DNA of 64,000 nt from a bacterium (lineage in GTDB: Bacteria; Patescibacteriota; Minisyncoccia; Phycocordibacterales; UBA12088). The translations under genes were made by a program, and so were the position numbers. Shown piece by piece: positions 1 to 10,073 of the stretch (position 1 is its first letter; every line of letters begins with the position of its first letter). The notes beneath the pieces are model-generated. The model did no database searches. It worked only from the letters and a program-made list of their open reading frames with translations, and had not been told where the DNA came from. The stretch spans positions 25,920 to 89,919 of the forward strand of contig QKEV01000013.1 in NCBI GenBank assembly GCA_003252295.1, given 5' to 3'.

Positions 1-1912
1 GCTCCTCAAGTTCATAGAGTGCCTCACCAATGCGATGTTTCATTTCTACAAGTGTCTCACCTGTACCACACCCCTTCATGAACCTATCTTTTGGTGTTGG
101 GCAAACCTTCTTGAGCTCACCTACTCCTTTTCCATTCAGATCATCGAGCTGCCACTCCTCAAAACGCTCTTCCGTAATGATGTCTTTCTGTTCAATACCA
201 AGCTCAGTAGCAATAATCTCGGCTGACTCTCTCGTTCGTATGAGCGGACTCGTGATGATCTTTGTAATACCTTTACCTTTGAGATCCTTTGCGGCAGCAA
301 GCACCTGTTCTTTCCCTTTCTCTGTTACATGGTGCTCATTCTCCGGGAGCGAGCTTATAATGTGTTGTACATTACTCTCCGCCTCTCCATGACGCATGAA
401 GTAGTATGTGTTACCTGACTTCGCCGTATGTTCACGAAGTTCATCAACACTACCAAATACGGTCACCTCGTCAGTTTTCTCGTTCTTCCAAATAGGGAGC
501 GGGCTTGCCCAGAAACGGTTACGTGAGATGGTCCAGTCAGGTGCAGACTCAACAATGTGTTTGAACCGTCCATGCTTGAGGTGCTCTGGGTACCAGGTCA
601 CCTCTTCATTTGCATCCAAGAGCTTCTGCTTTACATCTTGTATGTTGATGAACCAACTTGAGAGTGCATTGTAGATGAGTGCTGTACCACAACGGTAGCA
701 GTGCGGGTACGAGTGTGTGTTGTTGTGCTTTGTAAAGAGCAATCCTCGCTCTTCAAGATCACCCATAACCACCTTACCTCCCTTCTTGTGGTACATGCCA
801 CGTACGATTTCTGGTGCATCATCGTTGTAAGTACCTGTCGCATCGAGTATCGGAATGATTGGCAGCTCGTGCTCCAATCCAAAGTTGTAGTCGTCCTCTC
901 CGTACATTGGTGCGGTATGTACAACACCGGTACCATCTTCAGTTGTGACAAAGTCTGCAGCCTGCACGGTCCACGCTTTCTTACTCTTTGCTTCCACAGC
1001 TTTCTCCACCTGGTAGAGTGGTTCGTATGCGGTGCCAACCAGATCTTTTCCTTTTACTTCTTTTACAATTTCATACTCTACATCCTTGAACACGTTCTCG
1101 AGCAACTCCTTTGCCAGAATAAAACGCACGAGCGGACCTGTGCCCTCGTCTTTCTTCTCAATAATTACGTAGTCAATATCTTCCCCTACCGCAAGTGCCA
1201 CGTTACCCGGCAAGGTCCATGGTGTCGTCGTCCATGCAAGAATAGAGGTATTTTCTGGGAACTCAGAACTCAGAACTCGAAACTCTACAAACACCGCCTC
1301 CTCCGTCACATCCTTGTAGCTGTTATCCATCGCAATCTCCGCTTTTGAGAGCGGGGTCTCACAACGAGGACAGTACATCAACACCTTCTTCCCCTCATAG
1401 AGACGTTTGTCAGAATGGATCTTTTTGAGCGCCCACCATACACTTTCAATGTAGGTGTTATCCATCGTCTTGTAGGAGTTATCAAAGTCCACCCAACGAC
1501 CAATACGCTCTACGTACGACTTCCAGTCGTCCACATACTTCAAGACCGTACTCTTCGCCTCCTCATTGAACTTGTCGATGCCGAGCTCTTCAATATCCTT
1601 CTTGGTCTTGAGTTCCAATTTTTTCTCTATCATATTCTCAATAGGAAGTCCGTGGCAGTCCCAACCCCATCGCCGTGGCACCGTGTAGCCCTGCATCGTC
1701 TTGTAGCGTCCAACCACATCCTTCACTACTGACGAGAGGAGTGAGCCAGCATGCGGCAATCCTGTTGCAAACGGAGGACCATCAAAGAATACAAACTCGC
1801 CGTTTGGGGCATCTTTATTCAAGCTTTTCTCAAATATCTTTCCGTCATTCCAAAAGGCGAGCACTTCTTCCTCGCGAGTCGCGGTTTCACTTTTTTTGTT
1901 TTGCTGAGACAT
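1..1912 (-). CDS. Isoleucyl-tRNA synthetase-like protein (type-2/eukaryote-like IleRS N-terminal Rossmann half plus CP1 editing domain) continuing into a histidine-phosphatase domain; 3' end lies beyond the window start
   Basis: Manual minus-strand translation from the ATG at 1912 is open to position 1, and no ORF is listed because it runs off the edge. Motifs in one frame: FFDGPPFATGLPHAGS (HIGH region), WTTTPWTLPGN (CP1 editing), HTAPMYGEDDY, HSYPHCYRCGTALIY, PDWTISRNRFWASPLPIW, then YYFMRHGEAESN...ITSPLIRTRESAEII (RHG histidine-phosphatase signature). Confidence 0.75.
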   Translation of the reverse strand, partial: MSQQNKKSETATREEEVLAFWNDGKIFEKSLNKDAPNGEFVFFDGPPFATGLPHAGSLLSSVVKDVVGRYKTMQGYTVPRRWGWDCHGLPIENMIEKKLELKTKKDIEELGIDKFNEEAKSTVLKYVDDWKSYVERIGRWVDFDNSYKTMDNTYIESVWWALKKIHSDKRLYEGKKVLMYCPRCETPLSKAEIAMDNSYKDVTEEAVFVEFRVLSSEFPENTSILAWTTTPWTLPGNVALAVGEDIDYVIIEKKDEGTGPLVRFILAKELLENVFKDVEYEIVKEVKGKDLVGTAYEPLYQVEKAVEAKSKKAWTVQAADFVTTEDGTGVVHTAPMYGEDDYNFGLEHELPIIPILDATGTYNDDAPEIVRGMYHKKGGKVVMGDLEERGLLFTKHNNTHSYPHCYRCGTALIYNALSSWFINIQDVKQKLLDANEEVTWYPEHLKHGRFKHIVESAPDWTISRNRFWASPLPIWKNEKTDEVTVFGSVDELREHTAKSGNTYYFMRHGEAESNVQHIISSLPENEHHVTEKGKEQVLAAAKDLKGKGITKIITSPLIRTRESAEIIATELGIEQKDIITEERFEEWQLDDLNGKGVGELKKVCPTPKDRFMKGCGTGETLVEMKHRIGEALYELEE

Positions 1913-1955
1913 AAGCTTCTATTCTACTACTGATAAAATAAATACACAGGATCTG

Positions 1956-3668
1956 TTACATTCGTTCTGGGGCTTTAATACCAAGGAGCCACAAACCATT
2001 CTCCATAGTGTTTGCAAACGCAGCTGCAAGTGCAAGTTTGTACGGAGCGGTCACTGATTCATCAAGTATTTTTTCCGCTGCATAGTATGAGTTCCACTCA
2101 GCTGCGAGCTGTGTCAGGTACGTAGTGATGTAGTGCGGTTCATGTTCTTTTTGTGCTCGCTCTACCACCTCTGGGAAACGGTACAGCAGTTTTTCAAGCA
2201 CTGTTGTCTCCTGTGGAGCAAGCTCGGTACTTGGCACCACACCTACAGCATTCGCCTTCTCCAGAACTGATGATGCACGGGTATGCGAGTACTCAAGGTA
2301 CGGACCAGAATCACCTTCAAAGGAGAGTGCTTCATCTGGATTGAAGGCAACATTCTTCCCTGCTCGACGTTTAAGTACTGAATACTTTATTGCAGCAACC
2401 GCAACAGCTCTTGCGATACTCTCTTTCTCTTCCTCTGGTAAATCACGATCTTGTACCTTCTCTGTAGCAAGCGCAAGCATGTCACGCAAGAGTGACTCAC
2501 CAGTAATGACATTTCCCTTTCGTGAAGACATCTTCTCTCCAGTAAGACTCATCATGCCGTGACTTACGTGTACAAGCTTCTTTGCCAATTCAGGCATCAA
2601 GAGAGAGAGTGCTTTGTAAACAACCTTGAAGTACTCATCTTGCTCTACTGCTGTTGTGGTCACGGAAACATCAAAATCCCACTTCTGCATTTTGTTGTAT
2701 GCAAGACCGAGCTCTTTCGCCTCGTACGTAGTAAGTCCTGCTTGGTTTATAAAAACACGAGTATGAAGTCCATATGGCTCACCCTTAAATACCACAGCAC
2801 CTTCACTCTCTTCGAAAATACCTTTCGTGAGACCTTCCTTTACAAGTGTCTTTCCTGGCTCAAAACATTCACTCTCAAAAAAGTAGTGATCAAACTTCGT
2901 ATCGAGCATAGCATACAGCTCCTCAAAATGTTCAAGGGTCACACGTCGACCTGTTTCATAGTCCTCTTTGATCTCATCAGCGTGTTCATAGACCATTTTG
3001 TTGTACGCAACAATCTCCTCTTTCGCAGTCTCCTCATCTTCGTAGGCACTGTTTCCTGTAACGTATGCCTTGGCTATATCCTCCACATTACTTGGATCGC
3101 CCCCTATTTTCTGCAAACCCCAAAGTGCTTTAGCAACATGAAGACCAACATCACCCTGGTAGTTTGCTCGACGCACCTCTGCTCCAGTAAAATCGTACAA
3201 ACGTGAGATAGACTCCCCAATGGTGTTGCTCATGAGGTGCCCTATATGGAATGGTTTGAATGGATTTGGTTGCGTGTGCTCTACGAGCACCTTCTTACCT
3301 TTGAGTGAATTGTTTGCTCCCCAACGCTCGCCAACCTCCAACATCTCTTTGATACTCTTTGGGAAAAATGTACGAGCAAGATAGAAATTAATGAACCCTG
3401 GACCAGCCACCTCAATTCGCTCTATATCTTCATGATTCCCAAACGCAGCAACAATTTCTTCAGCAACCTCACGTGGATTTCTTCCCTCTCGTTTTCCCAG
3501 TATCAGTGCAATGTTTGTAGCAAAATCACCATGTTCAAGCTCAGTTGGATGCTCAAGAGTAATTTCGTCGATTGAAAAACCCTGTTTCGCAAGGGCTTCA
3601 CGTACTAACTTCTGTATAGTTTCAGTAACCATAGTAAGCACTATATAGAAAAGAGAACTATAACTCAA
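1956..3668 (-). CDS. argS: Arginyl-tRNA synthetase
   Basis: 570 aa; class I HIGH motif in PFHIGHLMSN; C-terminal DALR anticodon-binding region; overall ArgRS architecture. Confidence 0.92.
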   Translation of the reverse strand: MSYSSLFYIVLTMVTETIQKLVREALAKQGFSIDEITLEHPTELEHGDFATNIALILGKREGRNPREVAEEIVAAFGNHEDIERIEVAGPGFINFYLARTFFPKSIKEMLEVGERWGANNSLKGKKVLVEHTQPNPFKPFHIGHLMSNTIGESISRLYDFTGAEVRRANYQGDVGLHVAKALWGLQKIGGDPSNVEDIAKAYVTGNSAYEDEETAKEEIVAYNKMVYEHADEIKEDYETGRRVTLEHFEELYAMLDTKFDHYFFESECFEPGKTLVKEGLTKGIFEESEGAVVFKGEPYGLHTRVFINQAGLTTYEAKELGLAYNKMQKWDFDVSVTTTAVEQDEYFKVVYKALSLLMPELAKKLVHVSHGMMSLTGEKMSSRKGNVITGESLLRDMLALATEKVQDRDLPEEEKESIARAVAVAAIKYSVLKRRAGKNVAFNPDEALSFEGDSGPYLEYSHTRASSVLEKANAVGVVPSTELAPQETTVLEKLLYRFPEVVERAQKEHEPHYITTYLTQLAAEWNSYYAAEKILDESVTAPYKLALAAAFANTMENGLWLLGIKAPERM

Positions 3669-4754
3669 CTACCGTGTCCCATCAGTGAGCTCCACGCTCT
3701 CATGTACATCAAGTACATTGAAGCGCACCATACCGATCACTTGTTGACTTTCTGTCTCAACCACACATCGCCACTCTCCCTCATCAAGATTTTGCTTGAG
3801 TGAATATGCTCTATACCCCCCTAAACGTCCCCCATCAGTAGTAAATTCAATGCGTCCTCCAGCGGCACGGACCCATTGTCCATTTGTCGCCTTACGTTGC
3901 CATGAGTGATAGAGTGGTTCATTGAAACGGGTCGGTAAAAATACACTTGTGAAGCAGTAGGCAGCTTCACCTGGACCTTTATGAAATACCTTACTGGTAT
4001 CACGCCAACTCTCGTACCATGCTGGTTTTTCGTAGGTAACCACATACGAACCACCTTCTCTGCTTACACTATGATAGATACCGATCTCCTTGAGGGAGAG
4101 TGGAACAGGAGGAATGATGTTGGTAAAGTAGAGTGCATTGAAACTAAGGTAAATACCACCAACAATAAAGAGTATTCGCACACCTCCTTGTTTAAAGAGT
4201 TTTGGAAAGAACTTATTGATGTAGTAAAGAACAAAACCAATTATGACGAGTGAAAGTATGCCAGCATAGAGGAACGTTGCTGTACTAATACTTCGCGTAA
4301 TAATTGGAGTAACAAGCACCATGTACGAAAGAAGAGCAAAGTAGAACAAGCTCATTTGAAATATGAGACGTTCGTAACGTCTTTTGAAAAATTCATTCCC
4401 AACAAACAACATCACGAGAACAAGGAGAAACGGCCAACTCACAAACACCGATGAACTTTTCGTGTACAAAATGAGAAACCCTGAAAAGAGTCCTCCTAAG
4501 GGAAACTGAATAATGATGGGTAGCCACACACGAAATTTTAAAAGCCACTTGGGAGCAAACACTCTCGTCTCAACAGCATGTACCAGAAAAATACCTGCAA
4601 GTGCAATGAGGAGGTACACAATGAACACCACATTTTCATACACAAGATCTATACGTCTCAAAGTAAGCGTGTCCCACAGAAAACCCGTAGCAAATGCTAC
4701 TAGAGAGAGATGTTCACGTACCCACCAGTATGTGTTTTTTATAAACGGTGTCAT
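3669..4754 (-). CDS. Polytopic membrane protein with C-terminal soluble domain, function unknown
   Basis: 361 aa; about 8 hydrophobic helices in the N-terminal two thirds; stop/start abuts argS, suggesting an operon. Confidence 0.5.
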   Translation of the reverse strand: MTPFIKNTYWWVREHLSLVAFATGFLWDTLTLRRIDLVYENVVFIVYLLIALAGIFLVHAVETRVFAPKWLLKFRVWLPIIIQFPLGGLFSGFLILYTKSSSVFVSWPFLLVLVMLFVGNEFFKRRYERLIFQMSLFYFALLSYMVLVTPIITRSISTATFLYAGILSLVIIGFVLYYINKFFPKLFKQGGVRILFIVGGIYLSFNALYFTNIIPPVPLSLKEIGIYHSVSREGGSYVVTYEKPAWYESWRDTSKVFHKGPGEAAYCFTSVFLPTRFNEPLYHSWQRKATNGQWVRAAGGRIEFTTDGGRLGGYRAYSLKQNLDEGEWRCVVETESQQVIGMVRFNVLDVHESVELTDGTR

Positions 4755-4823
4755 ATAGTATCTCTATCATACCAGAGTAGCTTGTACGAGGAGATGATCG
4801 ATTACTGCGTGTAATCTAGTACT

Positions 4824-6158
4824 CTACTGAGATCCTTGATGTTTCTTGTTTTCTTCAGCTTGTGTAGTGTTGTTTTCCTCACGCTGTGCACCATCATCAC
4901 TTACATCTTCTTGCTCCTTCTTTTCTTCAAGCTGCAAACCGCCGCCATGTACACTCATCACTAGTAAGCCAATGAGAACAAGTGCTGCGATACCCATACC
5001 AAACCATGGTATCCAAGGTGCACGCTCTGTAAGTCTGCTCTCCTCGAAATCACATTCATCTCCAATACCATCCCCATCCGTGTCGCGCTGAGCACTGTTC
5101 GGAGTATTTGGACAGTTATCATCAAGTGTCATGACACCATCATGGTCAAAATCATCACAAGCATCCCCTTGTCCATTGCCATTCACATCAATTTGGTCAG
5201 CGTTTGCCACCTTTGGACAGTTGTCAGTTTCATCAGGGACACCATCGCCGTCGCTGTCACTACTTATGTAAGCAGGGTTTGGATTTACACTACTGTTTCC
5301 ACCCACAAGTAACTTGAGAACATCTTTATCACTGGAGAGCTGTACAGACTCCTGAGCTACACTTCCATACGACCTGTCTGGGTCAATGTAAATCGTGTAT
5401 GTCTCTCCTGGTTGCGCTAGAAAACGTAGTGCATGTGTTGTAACCGTACTTGGTATCTGCATGAGTTCTATTTCAGACAATCGTAGTGGTTGTGAGAGTC
5501 CAAAATCTATAATAAACATTCCTGCACTTGTTTCAGGAAAAGCCATAATCGTTCCCGTCACTGTAGTTTCTGCAAGAACCACCTGCTGTCCGCCATTTGG
5601 CATTACAGCCTTTACCGATACTGTTTTTGGTAAGGTCACATTCGACGCAAGAGTAAAACGTATCCCTCTAGCAGTCACTGTTTCAAAAGGTGCACCAACA
5701 GGGCTAGTACTGAGTGTAACCTGAGCCCTGTTTATCGCATTTTCATCAAATGGAAAATCAACAAACGTATTTATATTATCGTCACGCAATGAGGTAAGAG
5801 AAATATTATCAGTATCCTCAGTGAACGGATACACTTCTACTTCTTGTAGTTCCGTATAGGTTTTATTGTATGCTTTTTGGGACTCACCACTATTGCTTAC
5901 CACAACCGCTGTTTTCTGCTTAAACATGTCTCCGTATATCGGCAACTCAACAACAGTAGGAACATCAACACGGAACGCTGGAACCTGAATGGTGTACCTA
6001 AAAGCACCTAGGTCTATGCTTGCCTGCTCTTGCCACTCAGGTGTTATTTTTTGTGAGGTAACCACAGGAACTGCTTCCTGCGCAAACACATTTGATGCAA
6101 ATATACCTGCACAAAGAAGGAGGAGGACGATAAACGCCCGAAGACTATTCTTATTCAT
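4824..6158 (-). CDS. Secreted or anchored protein with thrombospondin type-3 (TSP3) calcium-binding repeats
   Basis: Likely start is MNKNS at 6158 (ATGA overlap with the upstream gene), followed by a signal peptide. Tandem DxDxDGxxDxxDNCP...DxDGDGxGDxCD repeats near the C-terminus. C-terminal TM helix and charged tail. Confidence 0.6.
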   Translation of the reverse strand: MNKNSLRAFIVLLLLCAGIFASNVFAQEAVPVVTSQKITPEWQEQASIDLGAFRYTIQVPAFRVDVPTVVELPIYGDMFKQKTAVVVSNSGESQKAYNKTYTELQEVEVYPFTEDTDNISLTSLRDDNINTFVDFPFDENAINRAQVTLSTSPVGAPFETVTARGIRFTLASNVTLPKTVSVKAVMPNGGQQVVLAETTVTGTIMAFPETSAGMFIIDFGLSQPLRLSEIELMQIPSTVTTHALRFLAQPGETYTIYIDPDRSYGSVAQESVQLSSDKDVLKLLVGGNSSVNPNPAYISSDSDGDGVPDETDNCPKVANADQIDVNGNGQGDACDDFDHDGVMTLDDNCPNTPNSAQRDTDGDGIGDECDFEESRLTERAPWIPWFGMGIAALVLIGLLVMSVHGGGLQLEEKKEQEDVSDDGAQREENNTTQAEENKKHQGSQ

Positions 6159-8097
6159 GGTCACTATGTTTATTAGTACTTGTAAGATGCTTACTGTTGC
6201 TCTTTTCAAACCAAGCTACAGTCACGATGATTGCTCCAATAATGCAGAAAGTAATAACTCTGAAAAAGAGACCCATATTCCAGACATCAATGAACAGTAA
6301 CCTACCAACAATAATAATAAAGTATGCAATAGCAACATTTCGTTTCCATACTGAATTCTCTGCCTTGCTCCGTATGTAGAAGTACGAAGCAACCATGGTG
6401 TAAATGAAGAGAGCTACCATAGCAGCACCGTCATAATCGTAGTACGTGTACGTACGGTAGTTGGAAAGTTGCTCAACACTGAACAGTCCCACACTTACAT
6501 ACCAAACCGTTATTGTTGCATACACCATACCAAGTACAACAGCAATGTTTCTGATATGAGCAAGTGTACTGTCTGCTAACCTTTTGTGTTCCCTATGGAA
6601 GACATTGGCTAGGTAAAAAGTTATCGCAACAATCAAGTACAGTACAAATGCATCACTCGAGAAGATACCCTCTTGTGCCCATAAGTGATTACTCATGCTA
6701 CCAAGTGACATAACCAATGGGACAATAGACGGCAATGCCAAGACCCACAACGCTTTTACAGAACGAGTTATGAAGTACCCCGTAAGAATGAGTGCTGCTG
6801 ATTCTAGTATGTACGCTATGGTGAGCGTCTCACCATCAAGCTCAAGTGCTGTTGCAGTGCCCAAGAACATCACACCAACACCTAAGTATGTAAAGAAGTA
6901 CGGTAACTTCGCGCCAAGTCTGACTGCAGTAAATGCACCAAAAGCAAAAACGATGGTCCAGAAAACAAGTATAAGACTCTGCCATTCCTCCCCTGCTCCA
7001 AACAGTATCCAGAGCAGTAGGTATACACCCGTGAGTGCCGCAGTGAGCAGGTCCACCAAAGACACCTTTGTGATCTTTCGCATACCCCAAACCGAAACTG
7101 CAAAGAAGAGTGCTGAAAAGATGAAAGCAAACATGAGACCCGTATCAGCATACTGCGTTGCAAGTGCTATTTTGTTTTGATAGTACTCATAGTTTGCACT
7201 ATTAGCGTAACCACCATATACGTGACTCTTATACATAACCTCTTCTAAGAACGGCAGACTGTAGAGGAAAACTGTTGTGAGTGAGGTGAGTATGAGACCT
7301 CTCCACCCCTTGAGTCCTGCCACCCAAATAGCTCCCAGTGAAAGCACAAGTAGGTACGTCATCAAACCAGCAAAGCTTGGTGTTGAAGTTGTGACCAACA
7401 TTGGGGCCACTGCTGCTATCGCAACATTTCCATATGCAAGTGGTTTGTAAGAGAACAAAACACTCATGAAACCAAGTACACATGAGGTGAGGAACATGAG
7501 CATGAGTGCACTCATCTGTGTAAAGAGTCCATAATTAGGAGTTTGTCCAACCCATACCGTGAAGACCACAATGAGTGCTCCAACAAACATAAGGATGCTT
7601 CCTTGAGAGATAAACCTTCCCATACGATATCGTCCAAGCGCGAGTACCCCTGCACCAAACAAGAGTCCGACAGCTATTCTCCCCATAGGACCTATCCACT
7701 CCTCTGCAAACGCATAGTTCACGAACCACGCTAGACCAAGAATGAGGAAAAAACCTCCCAGCTTCATGAGCCAATCGGTCTTGAGCCATACACCGAAGCG
7801 CTCAAGTGCACTCGGCTCAGAAGGTGCTGTAGGAAACACCTGATCCTCTATCTTCGCCACCTCTTGTCTCACCATCTGTTCGGATACAGCAGGGCGCTCC
7901 TTACGCATCTGCTGCTTAGGTGCAGTGAGGTGTGCAGTCTTCTCTTTGAGGTACTGCTCCATGTGCTGCATTTGTTTTTTGAGTTGTGCAGTACGTTTGA
8001 AAAGTACAATAGAGAGCACGAACGACAGCATGCCAAGAACACCACCCGCTATCACGAGTAGTATCAAGAACTCAAGGTCATCAATAAAATAGAACAT
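6151..8097 (-). CDS. Large polytopic membrane protein (DUF2339-like architecture)
   Basis: 648 aa; N-terminal TM, then a coiled/charged segment, then about 15 TM helices. Confidence 0.45.
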   Translation of the reverse strand: MFYFIDDLEFLILLVIAGGVLGMLSFVLSIVLFKRTAQLKKQMQHMEQYLKEKTAHLTAPKQQMRKERPAVSEQMVRQEVAKIEDQVFPTAPSEPSALERFGVWLKTDWLMKLGGFFLILGLAWFVNYAFAEEWIGPMGRIAVGLLFGAGVLALGRYRMGRFISQGSILMFVGALIVVFTVWVGQTPNYGLFTQMSALMLMFLTSCVLGFMSVLFSYKPLAYGNVAIAAVAPMLVTTSTPSFAGLMTYLLVLSLGAIWVAGLKGWRGLILTSLTTVFLYSLPFLEEVMYKSHVYGGYANSANYEYYQNKIALATQYADTGLMFAFIFSALFFAVSVWGMRKITKVSLVDLLTAALTGVYLLLWILFGAGEEWQSLILVFWTIVFAFGAFTAVRLGAKLPYFFTYLGVGVMFLGTATALELDGETLTIAYILESAALILTGYFITRSVKALWVLALPSIVPLVMSLGSMSNHLWAQEGIFSSDAFVLYLIVAITFYLANVFHREHKRLADSTLAHIRNIAVVLGMVYATITVWYVSVGLFSVEQLSNYRTYTYYDYDGAAMVALFIYTMVASYFYIRSKAENSVWKRNVAIAYFIIIVGRLLFIDVWNMGLFFRVITFCIIGAIIVTVAWFEKSNSKHLTSTNKHSDHE

Positions 8098-8162
8098 GGT
8101 ATATAAAAGTTACTTACCCTCATCATACCGCAACAACTAGGTACCATCAGTCAAGGTTATAC

Positions 8163-8216
8163 ACAAAACAATGAACATACCATGGTATGTTCATTGTTTT
8201 GTTCATCGTTTTTTCA
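8163..8216. terminator. Perfect 18-bp-stem hairpin followed by a T-run at the glyA 3' end
   Basis: acaaaacaatgaacatac-catg-gtatgttcattgttttgt, then tcatcgtttttt. Confidence 0.5.
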
Positions 8217-8220
8217 GCAA

Positions 8221-9486
8221 TCACCCAAACACCTCGGGCACCGGTTTCTCGAGAGCGAGTGTGGTTATCTCCTCACGTATCTCCTCTTTCTTCTTTGCAT
8301 CATCCTTGTTCCGCATGGTTTCAATCATGAGCTCAGCAACACGAGCTGCATCTTCTTTTTCAAAACGTCGTGTCGTAATAGCAGGTGCTCCAAAGCGTAT
8401 ACCTGATGGATCCATTGGCTTTCGTGGGTCATCAGCTATGACATTCTTGTTTACCGTAATACCTACCTCATCGAGCACCTTCTCTGCCTCAGCACCACCA
8501 ACACCGAGTGATCCGAAGACATCAGCAAGGATGAGGTGGTTACTCGTTCCGCCACCTATCATACGCACCCCTTCCCGCTTGAACACTTCCTCCATTGCTT
8601 TTGCATTTTTGAGGATCTGTCCTGCGTACTTTCGGTACGACGGTGTGAGTGCCTCACCAAATGCCACTGCTTTCGCTGCAATATTGTTCATGTGTGGACC
8701 ACCCTGTAGTCCCGGGAATATCGCCTTGTTGATCTTTGCAATAATCTCCTCACTCTCACGCACCAGTATCATGCCACCACGTGGACCACGCAGCGTCTTA
8801 TGGGTTGTTGTGGTCATGAGGTCAAAACCAGCGTCAAACGGGTTCTTTGCAGCACCGCCAGCAATGAGTCCGGCAATGTGTGCAATGTCTGCCATCACAA
8901 GCGCCCCTACTTCACGTCCTATCGCTACAAACTTCTCATAGTCGAGCTCCCGAGAGTACGCACTGAAGCCGGCAAGGATGAGTTTTGGTTTCTCACGCTT
9001 CGCCACCTCGAGCATCTCATCGTAGTCTATCTCCCCCGTCTCAACATCCTTCATCTTGTACCGCACAAAGTTGAACACCTTGGTTATCTCCGTGACCGGA
9101 TGCCCATGGGTGAGATGTCCGCCATGAGAGAGATCCATACCGAGTACCGTGTCTCCTGGTTCAAGGAGTGCAAAGTACGTTGCCACGTTTGCCGGGGCCC
9201 CTGAGAGTGGCTGCACGTTTGCATACTTACAATTAAACAGTTTACATGCTCGGTCGATAGCGAGCTGCTCGACCACATCGGTGTAGTCCTGTCCTCCGTA
9301 GTACCGTTTCCCAGGATACCCTTCTGAATACTTGTTGGTAAACACGCTTCCGAGTGCCTCACGCACCGCAAGTGAGACGTAGTTCTCACTTGGAATGAGT
9401 TCAAGACCCTCACGTTCACGTCGCTCTTCACCAATGAGCGCTTCATACACCTCTTCATCCTGTCCTTGTATCTTTTTATACTCCAT
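8221..9486 (-). CDS. glyA: Serine hydroxymethyltransferase
   Basis: 421 aa; PLP-lysine region TTTTHKTLRGPRGG; full-length SHMT similarity. Confidence 0.95.
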   Translation of the reverse strand: MEYKKIQGQDEEVYEALIGEERREREGLELIPSENYVSLAVREALGSVFTNKYSEGYPGKRYYGGQDYTDVVEQLAIDRACKLFNCKYANVQPLSGAPANVATYFALLEPGDTVLGMDLSHGGHLTHGHPVTEITKVFNFVRYKMKDVETGEIDYDEMLEVAKREKPKLILAGFSAYSRELDYEKFVAIGREVGALVMADIAHIAGLIAGGAAKNPFDAGFDLMTTTTHKTLRGPRGGMILVRESEEIIAKINKAIFPGLQGGPHMNNIAAKAVAFGEALTPSYRKYAGQILKNAKAMEEVFKREGVRMIGGGTSNHLILADVFGSLGVGGAEAEKVLDEVGITVNKNVIADDPRKPMDPSGIRFGAPAITTRRFEKEDAARVAELMIETMRNKDDAKKKEEIREEITTLALEKPVPEVFG

Positions 9487-9526
9487 ACCTTTTACGTTAG
9501 CTGATAATTTTTATATAAAAAACCGG

Positions 9527-9955
9527 CTACTTACCGGTACTGCCAAAACCTTTTTCGCCTCGCACTGTCTCAGAGAGTGTCTCCACCTCTTCAACCTGCA
9601 TCATTGCAACCTGCTGTAAGACAAACTGTGCTATACGATGCCCCTTCTCTATCGTGTAGGGTTCTTCCCCTACATTCACCAAACCAACCTTCACCTCACC
9701 TCGGTATATCGCATCTATCACCCCACCGAGTGTTTTCAACCCATGCAGGTGCGAGACACTGCTCCTATCCCAAATGAACATCGCGTACTCCTCGGGAATT
9801 TCTACCGCAATACCAGCCCCCACCTGACACCGCTCGCCTGGCTGCAGCTCTACCGTTTCAGCAGCGTAGAGGTCGTACGCCGCATCACCGACACGTCCCT
9901 GGGTAGGCAGCTTAGCGTCTGCAACAACCCGTTTAACCTTGAGTATTAGGTTCAT
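9527..9955 (-). CDS. dut: dUTP diphosphatase
   Basis: 142 aa; dUTPase motifs (AAYDLYA, RSS, GVIDAIYRGE, RIAQFV). Confidence 0.9.
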   Translation of the reverse strand: MNLILKVKRVVADAKLPTQGRVGDAAYDLYAAETVELQPGERCQVGAGIAVEIPEEYAMFIWDRSSVSHLHGLKTLGGVIDAIYRGEVKVGLVNVGEEPYTIEKGHRIAQFVLQQVAMMQVEEVETLSETVRGEKGFGSTGK

Positions 9956-10073
9956 AAGTTTCTATGATACTATAGTCCTCACAGACGCGTAACATTGACG
10001 AATTACCATTACCCTATATATTTGCAAATTAGGACATAACGCAAAAGTATTACCATTCTAAAGGAGAGTTACT

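Noticed and set aside
30-1933. Plus-strand ORFs (30..392, 408..674, 701..1348, 1415..1732, 1675..1914) and the minus ORF 631..1038
   Set aside because: All lie antisense or out of frame within the long minus-strand IleRS-like reading frame, which carries clear synthetase motifs. Their translations are low-complexity Cys/Val-rich with no motifs.
8171-9204. ORFs 8171..8941 (+) and 8800..9204 (+) overlapping glyA
   Set aside because: Antisense to a well-supported glyA; Ser/Arg-rich translation typical of shadow ORFs.
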